This document shows positions 34,661 to 45,779 of a DNA stretch of 64,000 nucleotides, piece after piece. How positions within the stretch are numbered: position 1 is the stretch's first letter; the number at the start of each line of letters is the position of its first letter. The stretch spans positions 529,704 to 593,703 of the forward strand of contig CAWFQL010000017.1 in NCBI GenBank assembly GCA_963817915.1. Reading direction: 5' to 3'. This DNA is from an uncultured candidate division Zixibacteria bacterium (GTDB lineage Bacteria; Zixibacteria; MSB-5A5; UBA10806). A model generated the notes under the pieces. It worked only from the letters and a program-made list of their open reading frames with translations, did not search any database and was not told the DNA's origin. A program made the position numbers and the translations under genes.

Positions 34661-35724
34661 CGAAAGACTAAAACAGGCATTTAATTTACTTTCCAAAAAT
34701 GATTTGGATTACCTCCTTATTAGTGAAATCCATCATGTTCGATATCTTACCGGTTTTTCCGGCTCCAACGGCATGTTGCTTATCGCGCCCCCCAAGGCGT
34801 TCTTCCTGACCGACTTCCGCTACACGGTCCAGGCTCAAAAAGAAGTAAAAAATTGTCAGATAATTATCGCGGAACGAGATCTTGTCATCGGAATTGCCCA
34901 AGCTTCAGGTTTCATGGAAAAACCCGGTGGTTGGTCTGGAATCATCATTTGTATCATTGAAACTTTACGAGAAATTCAAGGATCTTCTTCCCACGGCCAC
35001 ATTCAAAAATACCGAAAATCTAATTGAGTCATTGTCTGTGAGAAAAGACCCGCTGGAAATCAGCAAAATCCGAAAGGCTGTGAGAATAGCAGATAAAGCG
35101 TTTTCGGAAATCCTGAAAATGCTCAAGCCCGGAGTCCGGGAAAAAGATATCGCGCTGGAACTTGAAAATCGTATGCGCAAGTTGGGAGCCGATGGCCCAT
35201 CATTTGATACGATTGTAGCATCCGGTCAGCGTTCATCAATGCCGCATGGTCGGGCATCCGACAAGAAGCTGAAAAAGGGTGATTTTATCACTATAGATTT
35301 CGGATGTTATTTTCAGGGATATTCGTCGGATATAACCCGGACTGTAGTTCTTGGGAAAGCCACCGAGAAACAAAAGAAGATTTACAGCGTTGTATTGAAT
35401 ACCCAAAAGGCGGCATGCAAGGCTGTCAAGCCCGGTCTGGCATGCAGTCATGTGGATGCGGTTGCCCGTGATATGATCATGAAAGCCGGATATGGCGATT
35501 ATTTCGGGCATGGCCTGGGTCATGGCATAGGACTTTTGGTGCATGACGGCCCAGTCTTAAGTCCGCGCTCGAATGATATCCTCGAGCCGGGAAATGTAAT
35601 AACGATTGAACCGGGGATTTATCTGCCTAATTGGGGCGGGGTAAGAATCGAAGACGATGTTCTGGTGACATCGGACGGCGCCCAAATCCTCAGCAAATCG
35701 CCAAAGGAATTATTAGAGCTCTAA
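34653..35724 (+). CDS. Xaa-Pro aminopeptidase (M24), frameshifted near 34880
   Basis: YLTGFSGS, DFRY, SDITRT, HGLGHGIG, EPGIY, GVRIEDD. Confidence 0.9.
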
Positions 35725-35762
35725 AGGATAGAGCCAAACCTGTTTTTAACGGGGGAGATTAA

Positions 35763-36245
35763 ATGAGACCATCGAAAATAAGAGCGCTTATAAAATTGGT
35801 TGAGGAATCGAATATCGGCGAATTAGAAGTTTCGAGCTGGGGCCGCAAGGTCTGTATTCGAAAGAAGATCGAAAACAACAATCACGATAGTCGACATAAT
35901 CCAACCGGCAATATCGTGATGTCGCAGCCTCAACCGATAATCCAGCAAGCGCGTTTGGAAGTCGCTACGCAGGAGCCCAAGGCGCCTGTGAATAAGACCG
36001 AGCTTATTGAAGTAAAATCCCCGATGGTGGGCACATTTTATCGCGCTCCCGCCCCGGATGCCAAGCCTTATGTCGAAGTCGGTCAACTTATAGGCCCGGG
36101 ACAGGTGGTTTGCATTGTCGAGGCGATGAAGCTAATGAATGAAATCGAAGCCGAAGTTTCCGGAAGAGTTGTCGAAGTGCTTATCGAAAATGCCAAACCG
36201 GTGCAGTTCGGCCAAGCCCTATTTCTCTTGGAGCCAGCTTCCTAA
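35763..36245 (+). CDS. accB: Biotin carboxyl carrier protein
   Basis: KSPMVGTFY, EAMKLMNEI. Confidence 0.95.
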   Translation: MRPSKIRALIKLVEESNIGELEVSSWGRKVCIRKKIENNNHDSRHNPTGNIVMSQPQPIIQQARLEVATQEPKAPVNKTELIEVKSPMVGTFYRAPAPDAKPYVEVGQLIGPGQVVCIVEAMKLMNEIEAEVSGRVVEVLIENAKPVQFGQALFLLEPAS

Positions 36246-36266
36246 TTGTTGCAATATAGAAAGTTA

Positions 36267-36299
36267 GGCGGCTTGAATCTCTCAGGCCGCCATTTTTTT
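36267..36299 (+). terminator. Intrinsic terminator after accB
   Basis: GGCGGCTTGA/TCAGGCCGCC then T7. Confidence 0.7.
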
Positions 36300-36416
36300 G
36301 CCTAATTTTTATAACTAATTCCCTTTTTAATTATGTCGATATGAAATATAGAAGTTTTCTTATTTTATTTCTGTGAGAGTCGCAGAGAATATCGATAATT
36401 CTACGAGGTAGCGAAT

Positions 36417-37550
36417 ATGACATTTAAACAAATGATGCAGGAAATGCTCAACCATCGCGCTTCAGATTTACATCTGCGTGTCGGATTGCGTCCGACTGTC
36501 AGGGTCGATGGTAAACTTGTTTTTATCGATGACCAGATATTGATGCCTCCGGATATGGAAAAAATATTAGACCAGATTCTCAACGAAGAACAGAAGAACC
36601 GTTTTCATGCCAAAAGAGAGATGGATCTGGCACTATCGATATCAAAGATGGGTCGATTCAGGATCAATCTCTATAAACAGCGCGGGACTATCGGAGTCGC
36701 GATCAGGCAGGTCAATACCAAAGTCCCCAACTTTGAGGAATTGAATCTTCCCGGTGTAGTAAAGGATATCGCTAATTACAGGCGCGGAATGGTGATTGTC
36801 ACCGGAACAACCGGATCAGGCAAGTCAACCTCGTTGGCCGCCATGGTCGAATATATCAATAGCAATAGAGCCGAAAATATTTTAACGATCGAAGACCCTA
36901 TCGAATACATTTACCGTGATAAGAAATCGATTATCTCTCAGCGCGAAGTGGGTGGAGATACTGAAACCTTTGCTACAGCGTTAAAATCGGCGTTCAGGCA
37001 GGACCCTGATATCATCCTCATTGGTGAAATTCGAGACGCCGATACCATGGGAATCGCCCTAACAGCGGCCGATACCGGCCACCTTGTTTTGACAACTCTG
37101 CATACCCTCAACGTTGTAGAAACTATTTCGCGAACAATCTCATTTTTCCCTCCCCATCAGCATCAGCAAATCAGGCTCTTGCTCGCAGGCACATTGAAGG
37201 CGGTTCTTTGTCAACGGTTATTGCCAAGGGCCGACGGCCCCGGCCGTGTTCCCGCAGTCGAGGCTATGGTCTCAACCGCATCGATCCGCGAAGCCATCAC
37301 TGACCCAATGAAGACATCAACAATTCTCGATCTGGTCGAGCAGGGACAGATTCAGTACGGCATGCAGAGTTTCGATCAATCGATCATGAAGCTCTATCGC
37401 TCGGGACATATCAGCTTCGAGGAAGCTATGAGCCAATGCTCCAACCCCGATGATTTCGATTTGCGAGTTAAAGGTATTACATCTGCATCCGATCGCGGCT
37501 GGAAGGAATTCGAAGGTCAGACGAATACCAAGACCGACGCTGGATTTTAG
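36417..37550 (+). CDS. PilT/PilU-family pilus retraction ATPase
   Basis: ASDLHL, GTTGSGKST, TIEDPIE, RQDPD..IGEIRD, TGHLVLTTLH, GMQSFDQ. Confidence 0.92.
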   Translation: MTFKQMMQEMLNHRASDLHLRVGLRPTVRVDGKLVFIDDQILMPPDMEKILDQILNEEQKNRFHAKREMDLALSISKMGRFRINLYKQRGTIGVAIRQVNTKVPNFEELNLPGVVKDIANYRRGMVIVTGTTGSGKSTSLAAMVEYINSNRAENILTIEDPIEYIYRDKKSIISQREVGGDTETFATALKSAFRQDPDIILIGEIRDADTMGIALTAADTGHLVLTTLHTLNVVETISRTISFFPPHQHQQIRLLLAGTLKAVLCQRLLPRADGPGRVPAVEAMVSTASIREAITDPMKTSTILDLVEQGQIQYGMQSFDQSIMKLYRSGHISFEEAMSQCSNPDDFDLRVKGITSASDRGWKEFEGQTNTKTDAGF

Positions 37551-37577
37551 CCAATAATAATTTATAGATTTTTGAAT

Positions 37578-37602
37578 GGCCGGTTTTCACCGGCCTTTTT
37601 TT
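37578..37602 (+). terminator. Intrinsic terminator
   Basis: GGCCGGT/ACCGGCC then T7. Confidence 0.75.
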
Positions 37603-37696
37603 ATTTGAAATTCCCGCCACATTTTGTTGGAGAATAGAGTTTAAATATGAGATTTTAAAATTGAGGGAAACAAGTTGTTTAACTGAGGATTTGCGC

Positions 37697-37783
37697 TTGA
37701 CATTAATTACTATGAAAACTATTATCGCCCTGCTTTGCCGCACCATAATTTTGATTGATTGGTGCGGTGGCAGTCAAAGGGGC
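37697..37783 (+). promoter_or_regulatory. Sigma-70 promoter followed by a structured 5' leader
   Basis: TTGACA-17-TATTAT; hairpin CCGCACCA/TGGTGCGG with extendable flanks. Confidence 0.6.
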
Positions 37784-37829
37784 AGAGGTATTTTCGATGT
37801 GATAATTTCATCGGATTAAGGTTTATTTC

Positions 37830-39140
37830 GTGTATTGGATTAGTAAATCAATTCATCGGCTCAATCGATTTAATCGACGCTTTTTTATTCTATTGGCAGT
37901 GATCGGCCCGGGCGTCATTACCATGATCGCAGATAATGACGCCGGCGGCATTTCCACTTATTCGGTCACCGGCTCGAAATACGGCTTTAATCTGCTCTGG
38001 GTGTTTTTCCTTCTAATCCCGATGGCTTACTTTGTGCAGGAGATGACTGTCCGTCTCGGGGCTGTCACCAAACGAGGCCACGCCGAAGCGATATTCGATG
38101 GATTCGGCAAATTCTGGGGATGGTTTTCAATATTTGATTTATCGGTAGTCAATTGGCTGACTCTAATAACTGAATATATTGGCATGACCGCTGCCATGTC
38201 GATATTCGGAGTCCCGCCGTTAATCACCTGCATTTTTGTGACCGCGATATTGATGATTGTAGTAGTTTCAGGGAAATACTGGACATTCGAGAAATTAACC
38301 TTAGCTTTCTGCGCTTTCAATTTGGTGTATATACCGGCGGCGATCTGGGCAATGAATGCACCATCGGCACCAGCATGGGGAGAGGTAGCAAAAGGCTTCT
38401 ATAATCCTGTATTTCCAAGCGGACTTACCGGTGATTTGATATTTATAATCATGGCCAATATCGGCACGACTATAACGCCTTGGCAGATCTTCTTTCAGCA
38501 AAGCGCTGTTGTTGATAAGGGAATGGATATTCGAGATATCAAGTACGGCAAGATCGATACATTTGCCGGTTCCTTTTTTACCGGAGTAGTTGCAGTTTTT
38601 ATTATAATCGCGACCGGCGCCGCCTTTTATTATCACAATCCTCCAATCGTAGTACAGGATGCCGCTCAGACCGCCAACGCTCTCGTACCATTATTGCCTC
38701 ATGGCGAAGGACAATGGGCGCGAATATTATTCGGCATAGGTCTATTCGACGCCGGATTTCTCGGAGCATTATGTATATCTCTTTCTACATCATGGGCTGT
38801 CGGCGAGGTTTTCGGCTGGGCACATTCACTGAATAAAGGTGTTAAGGATGCCCCCTGGTTTTATGTCATATACTTCCTGACATTGGCAACCGCTGCAATT
38901 GTCGTATTGATTCCTGGCGCGCCATTAATTACAATAACCATGTTTGTGCAGGTAGTGGCGGTGACTCTCCTGCCGGCAGCTTTGATGTTTTTGATTCTCT
39001 TGCTTAACGATAAACAACTCATGGGACAATATGTGAATACCCGCACCCAGAATATCGCGAACTGGAGCATTGTAATCTTTGTTATTCTAATGTCAACTGT
39101 ATTCGCAGTCTCGGTGCTTTTCCCGGGGCTTTTCGCATAG
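37830..39140 (+). CDS. Nramp-family transporter, NRMT (Mg2+)-like subtype
   Basis: DNDAGG in place of DPGN; GTTITPWQ in TM6; about 11 TM segments. Confidence 0.85.
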   Translation: MYWISKSIHRLNRFNRRFFILLAVIGPGVITMIADNDAGGISTYSVTGSKYGFNLLWVFFLLIPMAYFVQEMTVRLGAVTKRGHAEAIFDGFGKFWGWFSIFDLSVVNWLTLITEYIGMTAAMSIFGVPPLITCIFVTAILMIVVVSGKYWTFEKLTLAFCAFNLVYIPAAIWAMNAPSAPAWGEVAKGFYNPVFPSGLTGDLIFIIMANIGTTITPWQIFFQQSAVVDKGMDIRDIKYGKIDTFAGSFFTGVVAVFIIIATGAAFYYHNPPIVVQDAAQTANALVPLLPHGEGQWARILFGIGLFDAGFLGALCISLSTSWAVGEVFGWAHSLNKGVKDAPWFYVIYFLTLATAAIVVLIPGAPLITITMFVQVVAVTLLPAALMFLILLLNDKQLMGQYVNTRTQNIANWSIVIFVILMSTVFAVSVLFPGLFA

Positions 39141-39150
39141 GATTTTAAAG

Positions 39151-40440
39151 ATGAATTCACCGGCCAATCCAATTTCCCAGACCGATCCAAGAGCGGAAGG
39201 TAAAGACTACCGATTTCTTTTCTTCTCGGAGCTCTTGGGGCGAAAAGTCTATGTCGGCAAGATCGACAATAAGATCGGCGCAATTAATGATATCGTATTT
39301 AATCTAAGCGAGCACTACCCCGAGGCGGTCGGAATATATATGGAATTCGGTTGGGGTCAGCCCACCCAATTTATACCGTGGGAGAATGTTGTCAAAATCG
39401 AAGACGATGCCGTTTTCGTCAAGCCGCCCGAAAGCGAAAAGTATCCGCCGTTTGTCGATCAAAAAGGCTGGATACTAATCGACCAGCATCTCATGGGTCG
39501 CACGATCCTTGATCTCGATGGAAGAAAAATCGAAGTTGTCAATGATGTTCATCTACTCGAATCAAAGGGCCGTATGATTATCGTCCATGTCGATGTCTCA
39601 TTCAATGGCTTTCTGCGCAAATGGCATCTGGGCAGATTGCATTTGGTGAAAGATCGATTGATATCATGGAAATATGTCCAGCCGCTGTCGTTGGAAGATG
39701 CTTCGGCGGGCGATACCGTATCGCTTTCACAGACCAAACAGATGGTTAAGAATCTCCCCAGCGAGGACCTGGCCGACGCTCTGGAGCAGCTTAGTGGACG
39801 AGAACAGCAGGCGTTCTTCTCCGCGCTCGATAGCGAAACCGCCGCCGATGCCCTGGTCGAGGCCGAACCCAGAGCTCAAAGACAGATTATCGCCAGCCTC
39901 CGTTCAGAGAGAGCCAGAACGATTCTTTCCGAAATGTCGGTTCCGCAATTGGCCGATCTATTCTCGGTGTTGCCGCGTGAGCATATAATCGGAATGATGG
40001 CGCTATTGCCCGCAGATATTGTCGAAAGAATCAATACCATATTGGCGGAACGAGAAGGCAACGCCAGCGCGCTGGTTTCCACTGAATATGTGGTTGCGTA
40101 TCCCAATGACAAGGTCGGCGATATCGTGTCGAAGGTTCGAAAATCGGGATTGGATCACGAGATTATTTCATACATCTATATCATAAATGAAGAGAATCGA
40201 GCGTTGGTGGGAGTCGTGGATATTCGTGAATTGATAGTCGCACCGGATGAGGCCGCTATCGGCAATATCATGACGACATCTCTTGTCACGGCCGAGGCCG
40301 ATGATACGCGCGAAGACCTCGCCGATCTTTTCGCGAAATATCATTTTCGAATGATCCCGGTAGTATCCGATGACCAATTGCTCGGTGTTGTATATTATAA
40401 AGATATTATGAAGGGTCTGATAACCAGAGCCAAGACTTGA
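39151..40440 (+). CDS. Soluble MgtE-like protein (PRC + MgtE_N + CBS pair, no TM domain)
   Basis: DLDGRKIEVVND, DLADALEQL, YIYII..LVGVVDIRELI, KYHFRMIPVV. Confidence 0.8.
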   Translation: MNSPANPISQTDPRAEGKDYRFLFFSELLGRKVYVGKIDNKIGAINDIVFNLSEHYPEAVGIYMEFGWGQPTQFIPWENVVKIEDDAVFVKPPESEKYPPFVDQKGWILIDQHLMGRTILDLDGRKIEVVNDVHLLESKGRMIIVHVDVSFNGFLRKWHLGRLHLVKDRLISWKYVQPLSLEDASAGDTVSLSQTKQMVKNLPSEDLADALEQLSGREQQAFFSALDSETAADALVEAEPRAQRQIIASLRSERARTILSEMSVPQLADLFSVLPREHIIGMMALLPADIVERINTILAEREGNASALVSTEYVVAYPNDKVGDIVSKVRKSGLDHEIISYIYIINEENRALVGVVDIRELIVAPDEAAIGNIMTTSLVTAEADDTREDLADLFAKYHFRMIPVVSDDQLLGVVYYKDIMKGLITRAKT

Positions 40441-40582
40441 GCTGATTATGCCGCGCGTAGAGATGACAAAGACCGTCAAGGTAGCCTTATTTTCGCTTCG
40501 AATATATCTGATATTAATGCTCTTGCTTATTGTTTTCAAATTCCTCAAGATAATCAAAATCGGCTGATACTTTTTGCGAGTC

Positions 40583-40649
40583 GTAGGGTGGAACGCCCGT
40601 GGTTCCGCCCATAACAAGCTTGTCATTCCGCACTTGATGCGGAATCCAG
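40583..40649. repeat. RAYT-cognate-like REP plus a GTCATT-family hairpin
   Basis: GTAGGGTGGAACGCCCGTGGTTCCGCCC; TGTCATTCCGCACTTGATGCGGAATCCAG. Confidence 0.75.
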
Positions 40650-40739
40650 CAAGTAGGACAGGAATAGATGGCCATGCCGGATATTCAAAAATAAATAATC
40701 CTTGACACATTTTATAGTATTGTATATCTATATTATCAA

Positions 40740-41789
40740 ATGATTAAAAGATACCTTATGCTTGTTGCATTTGCTGTATTCATTGCTTCCGTAGTATTAA
40801 ATTATCATGTGGTAGCCGCATATAGCGACGGTGTAACAAATACAACTTATGATGCTGTTTATAATAAATCAGGGGATTTTAATACCCAATACGGCGAATG
40901 GCTTAGATATTATTATACATTTCCCCCGGGTCAAATAGAGCCGCCCGGTGATCTGCCAGGTTTATATAATCACCCTGTCGGCGAAAATCCGTTACCATTA
41001 TGGGGAAATTTTACAGTACGAAAGATATACCATGATGACTTAATTCATCCGCCTTATCCTCTATTAACAGTGGGCGCTGGATCAATTTTATTAAACGGTA
41101 ATTTAGAATATTCTTCGGATGGTGCTGATTCCTTTAGAACTGTGGTAGCGCCTTGGGACCGGGACTATATGATGTTTCTAAAGATGTTTGCGAGCGAAAA
41201 ATTGGGGAATCGTTATTTATATCCTGCTATTGATATTCCCGGCGAGAGTCTTGAGAGATCATCCAATAAAAAGGCTCCGGGTGATTATATGGTTGAAACA
41301 TCTACTTTATCCCCAATTGTATCCTTGGATATGGCTGATAATAAATGGTTTGATAATTGTCTCAAGACGATATTGACTCCAAATTATTACGATAGAAATA
41401 TCAGTGGCTTTATTAAAAAATATGATGATGTGTTAGGTGATTCTTCGAGACATGAGTTTTATGGCAAATACCAATTTAATGGTATTAAATTTTCTACAGG
41501 CGGCTGGTTCGGGAAATTTACGGATATCGGTGTTTATTCTAATTATAGCAGCGTAGTTGAGTTTTTAAAGCTAGCTCGCCAATACTTTCAACTGCCCGAA
41601 ATATCGCAGGACAAGGTCGATATCTATAATGAAGGTGATGATTTTTTCTATTCCGTTCTTGACCGAGATAATATGTTTTGGCTAAGAGGTTATAATGTTG
41701 TGCTTGATAATCAAAACGATTTAAAAGATATGATTAAAACCAATATTATCCAACTGGCTAAATACTATGACAAGGATTTTGTGCCATGA
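40740..41789 (+). CDS. AT-rich hypothetical secreted protein
   Basis: N-terminal signal/TM segment; 349-aa intact ORF; no recognised motif. Confidence 0.7.
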   Translation: MIKRYLMLVAFAVFIASVVLNYHVVAAYSDGVTNTTYDAVYNKSGDFNTQYGEWLRYYYTFPPGQIEPPGDLPGLYNHPVGENPLPLWGNFTVRKIYHDDLIHPPYPLLTVGAGSILLNGNLEYSSDGADSFRTVVAPWDRDYMMFLKMFASEKLGNRYLYPAIDIPGESLERSSNKKAPGDYMVETSTLSPIVSLDMADNKWFDNCLKTILTPNYYDRNISGFIKKYDDVLGDSSRHEFYGKYQFNGIKFSTGGWFGKFTDIGVYSNYSSVVEFLKLARQYFQLPEISQDKVDIYNEGDDFFYSVLDRDNMFWLRGYNVVLDNQNDLKDMIKTNIIQLAKYYDKDFVP

Positions 41790-42526
41790 GATACTTATTG
41801 GCACTGATTGCATTGCTGATATGCTTTAATATCGCTTCCGCTGAACGATTCGTTTATTGGCTTTCTCCGAACCTTCCTATCCCCCCTGATACTACGGTTG
41901 GAGTTAGAGACACGATGTTTATACCGGATAGCATCCTTATAGAGGATTTGAATGTTTATATAGGTATTGACGCTCAAGGTTGGGGCGATCTTCTTGTAAT
42001 CCCCATAAAATCGCCTTGGCATCATCAAGTATTTTTGGCTAATAGAAATCTGGATCGCCCCTATTTTAATATCTGGTTTGACACGCAAACCGAGGAAGAC
42101 GGCCCCGGTCAATTGGAAGATTATAATGGGCATTATTCTAACGGCAACTGGATTATTAATCCCTCCCAACCTATGGGCCATTTTGATTTTATCTTTTCGA
42201 CATGGGCCATCGAGATTTATGGCCAGCTAATGACAGATGTCAAAGATGAAATAAATCAACCGCTCAAATTCGGCATATCGTCCGGCTATCCGAATCCATT
42301 CAATGACAAAACTCAAATCAAATTTTCCCTTAAAGATCCGGGTCAAACGACACTGAAAATCTATAATATTATCGGGCAGGAAGTTTGCACGCTATTAGAT
42401 GGCCAACTTCAGCCAGGTACCCATTTCATTGATTGGGATGCCTCCGGGTTAGCTTCCGGCGTATATTTGTTCGTCTTGAAATCATCAGATCAAGATTCCC
42501 ATCTCCGCCTTACGCTGTTAAAATAA
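41786..42526 (+). CDS. Secreted protein with P-domain-like region and T9SS-A/FlgD-like C-terminal domain
   Basis: IEDLNVYIGI..WGDL...SP; YNG..SNGNW; GYPNPFN...ASGVY. Confidence 0.7.
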   Translation: MRYLLALIALLICFNIASAERFVYWLSPNLPIPPDTTVGVRDTMFIPDSILIEDLNVYIGIDAQGWGDLLVIPIKSPWHHQVFLANRNLDRPYFNIWFDTQTEEDGPGQLEDYNGHYSNGNWIINPSQPMGHFDFIFSTWAIEIYGQLMTDVKDEINQPLKFGISSGYPNPFNDKTQIKFSLKDPGQTTLKIYNIIGQEVCTLLDGQLQPGTHFIDWDASGLASGVYLFVLKSSDQDSHLRLTLLK

Positions 42527-42658
42527 AGACTATTATTATTCTTCAAAACAGCAGGGTGAAATCCGCCGCTGACCGGTGGTTTTAGAGATTTAACTTAAAT
42601 TCCAGTTGATAATCAACCCCGAAATACTATATTAACTGGCTGAATTGAGGAATAATGA

Positions 42659-44071
42659 TTGGGGGATTTTTTGTTCAATAAAATTCTAATAGCTAATCGA
42701 GGCGAAATCGCCCTCAGAATAATCCGTACATGCCGTGAAATGGGCATAAAGACCGTCGCGGTCTATTCCTCGGCTGATATCAACTCCTTGCATGTCCGTT
42801 TTGCCGATGAAAATGTCTGTATCGGCCCGCCCCCGCCCGGCGAAAGCTATCTCGATCCCAGGCGGATTATCTCAGCTGCCGAAATTACTAATGCCGATGC
42901 TATCCATCCGGGATATGGCTTTTTGGCCGAAAATCCCGATTTCGCGGAAATCTGCCAATCCTGCCAATTGACATTCATAGGGCCCCATCAGGATGTTATT
43001 CGAGCTCTGGGCGATAAGTCGTTGGCCAAAAAGACTATGGCAAGCGCCGGAGTCCCTGTAATTCCCGGCGCGCATGGCGTAATACCCGATTTCAAGGCCG
43101 CCGAAGAGGCTGCCGAGAAGACCGGATATCCGATCATGATAAAAGCCGCTGCCGGTGGCGGTGGACGAGGCATGCGGCTGGTCAATTCAGCCGCGGACTT
43201 GAAAAAGCATTTTCGATATGGCCAGATCCGAGGCCAGCGCGTCCTTTGGCAATCCCAGATGTTTATATCGAGAAATTTATCGATAAGCCGCGCCATGTCG
43301 AGATTCAAATTATGGCGGATTCTTTCGGCAATGTGATCCACCTTGGCGAGAGAGATTGCACTGTCCAGAGACGCCATCAGAAGCTTATCGAAGAATCGCC
43401 ATCGCCCATAATGACAGCTCCATTGCGTGAACAAATGGGATCGGCCGCAGTGGCAGGCGCCAAGGCCGCCGGTTATGTCGGCGCATGCACATTTGAATTT
43501 TTAGTTGATCCCGATGGCAACTACTATTTTATGGAAGTCAATACTCGAATCCAGGTCGAGCATCCTGTAACCGAGCAGGTAACCGGTCTGGATTTAATCA
43601 AAGAACAGATAAGAGTCGCGGCAGGGGAGAAACTCGAGTTCGCGCAAAAGGATATCACATTCAGCGGCCACACTATCGAATGCCGCATCAACGCCGAAAA
43701 TCCCGAGAAGAACTTCGCTCCTTCTCCCGGCAAGATTAATATGCTGGTGCTTCCCGGCGGATTCGGTGTACGAGTCGATACTCATGCCTATAGCGGATAT
43801 GTGATTCCGCCCAATTACGATTCCCTGATTGCGAAACTGATTGTTACCGGCAAGAATCGATTGGACGCAATTAATCGGAAACTAAACGCATGCCTCGATG
43901 AATTTGTAATCGAAGGCATCCATACTACCAAGGATTTTTATAAACGTGTATTTAATGATAGCAACTTTGTTTTGGGACGATACGATAATTCCTTTGTGGA
44001 AAAACTTCATAGCGTCGGAAACAGCGGGTTTAGAGTCGGAAGAAGGCCAGTTGGCCAAGGAGGAAATGTGA
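42659..44071 (+). CDS. accC: Biotin carboxylase (apparent indels near 43210-43260 and 44000)
   Basis: [48 protein letters not shown]. Confidence 0.93.
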
Positions 44072-44445
44072 TTCCCGATGATTTAAAATATACCAAAGAA
44101 CATGAGTGGGTAAAAGTTCAGGGACAAACAGCAACTGTCGGTATCACCGATTTCGCGTCAGGCGAGCTTGGTGATATCGTTTATGTCGAGTTGCCCAAGG
44201 TCGGCTTCAAGGCACAACAAATGAAACCATTCGGAACAATCGAGGCGGTGAAAGCCATATCGGATCTTTTCAGCCCCGTGTCCGGAGAAATTACCGAAGT
44301 CAATTCCGGCCTAGCGGATGACGCATCTGTTATCAATAAAGACCCCTATGGCGGTGGATGGATTATCAAATTAAAATTATCATCGCCGAAGGAATTGGAT
44401 TCATTGCTCTCGGCGGCTGATTATAAGGCACTGTTGGGAAAGTAA
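44068..44445 (+). CDS. gcvH: Glycine cleavage system H protein
   Basis: AGGAGG RBS, GTG start; [17 protein letters not shown] (lipoyl Lys), DPYGGGW. Confidence 0.93.
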   Translation: MIPDDLKYTKEHEWVKVQGQTATVGITDFASGELGDIVYVELPKVGFKAQQMKPFGTIEAVKAISDLFSPVSGEITEVNSGLADDASVINKDPYGGGWIIKLKLSSPKELDSLLSAADYKALLGK

Positions 44446-45774
44446 TGAGTTACATTCCAAATTCGCGGGAAATCCGCAAGAAGATGCTCGATGAAATCGG
44501 CGTGTCGGATTTCGATGAGCTAATTAAATCAGTCCCTGCCAGTCTGCGGCTTCAACGTCCGCTAAATTTGCCCAGAGCTCTTTCCGAGCCCGAGCTTGAA
44601 GACGAATTGAACAATCTTGCCGGAATGAATACGTCTGCCAAATCGAGCTTTGCGGGCGGCGGCGCGTATGATCATTTCTCGCCGGCGGCAGTAGATCATA
44701 TTATTCAACGGCCGGAATTTTTTACGGCATATACTCCATATCAGGCCGAGGTCGCGCAGGGGACTCTGCAATCGATCTATGAATTCCAGACATTCATCAG
44801 CCGTCTGACCGGGATGCCGGTTACCAACGCCTCTATGTACGATGGCGCGACCGCATTGGCCGAGGCGATAATGATGGCATTGGCGCATACCGGACGAAAA
44901 GAAGTTCTGATCTCAGGTGGAGTCAATCCGACATTATATTGAAACCGTCAAAACCTATCTTGCCGGACAAAACTGCAAGATTAAAATAATATCCTCGAAT
45001 GGTGTTACTGATTACAAGGATTTCAAAGCCAAGCTTTCTATCGAAGACGGCGGCCGTTGTTATGCAGAGCCCTAATTTCTATGGCCAGATCGACAAGATA
45101 AATGAATTTACCGGTGATACCAAAGAGGCCGGCGCGCTTTTCATTCATGTATACGATCCGTTGTCCTTGGGAATACTTGCTTCGTCCGGGAGATTACGGT
45201 GTTGATGTGGCTGTGGCAGAAGGTCAGCCATTGGGACTGCCGTTGAATTTCGGTGGTCCTTTTCTTGGATTGCTTTCCGCTCGCAAGCGAATTTATTCGC
45301 CGGATACCGGGACGACTTTCCGGCAGAACTAAAGACAAAAATGGCAATCAGGGTTTCGTTCTGACTCTTCAGACACGTGAACAGCATATCCGCCGTGAAC
45401 GAGCCACATCGAATATCTGCACCAATCAGGCGTTATGTGCGCTTGCCGCGACAGTATATTTATCGCTTCTCGGCAAGTCGGGACTTGAAAAGGTCGGCAA
45501 ACTTTGCCTATCCAAATCCCATTACGCCGCCGAGCAAATTTCGAAAATCAACGGATTCTCGTTGAAATATAAAGGTCCGTTTTTTAAAGAGTTTGTTATC
45601 GAAACCCCAGTTGCCCCGCAACGCTTGATTACCAAGCTGCTCAAATCGGGAATCAATCCCGGTATCGATATGAGCAAATTCAAACTCAAGGGCTGTCTTA
45701 TGATAGCCGTCACTGAAAAACGAACTAAAGAACAGATCGATAACCTGGTATTTGAACTTTCGAAGGCTGTTTAA
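44445..45774 (+). CDS. gcvPA: Glycine dehydrogenase subunit 1 (several apparent indels)
   Basis: [42 protein letters not shown]. Confidence 0.92.
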
Positions 45775-45779
45775 ATTCG

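Noticed and set aside
37727..37829. M-box or yybP-ykoY riboswitch
   Set aside because: Conserved cores (TAGGTGAGGCT; GGGGAGTAGC) are absent; kept only as an unknown-leader finding.
42530..42660. Glycine riboswitch upstream of the accC-gcv operon
   Set aside because: No GGAGA...CCGAAG...CTCTCAGG aptamer motifs are seen.
43246..44445. Apparent AccC-GcvH fusion in the ORF track
   Set aside because: gcvH has its own AGGAGG and GTG start, and an alternative frame ends accC at an overlapping TGA; an indel near 44000 explains the fusion.
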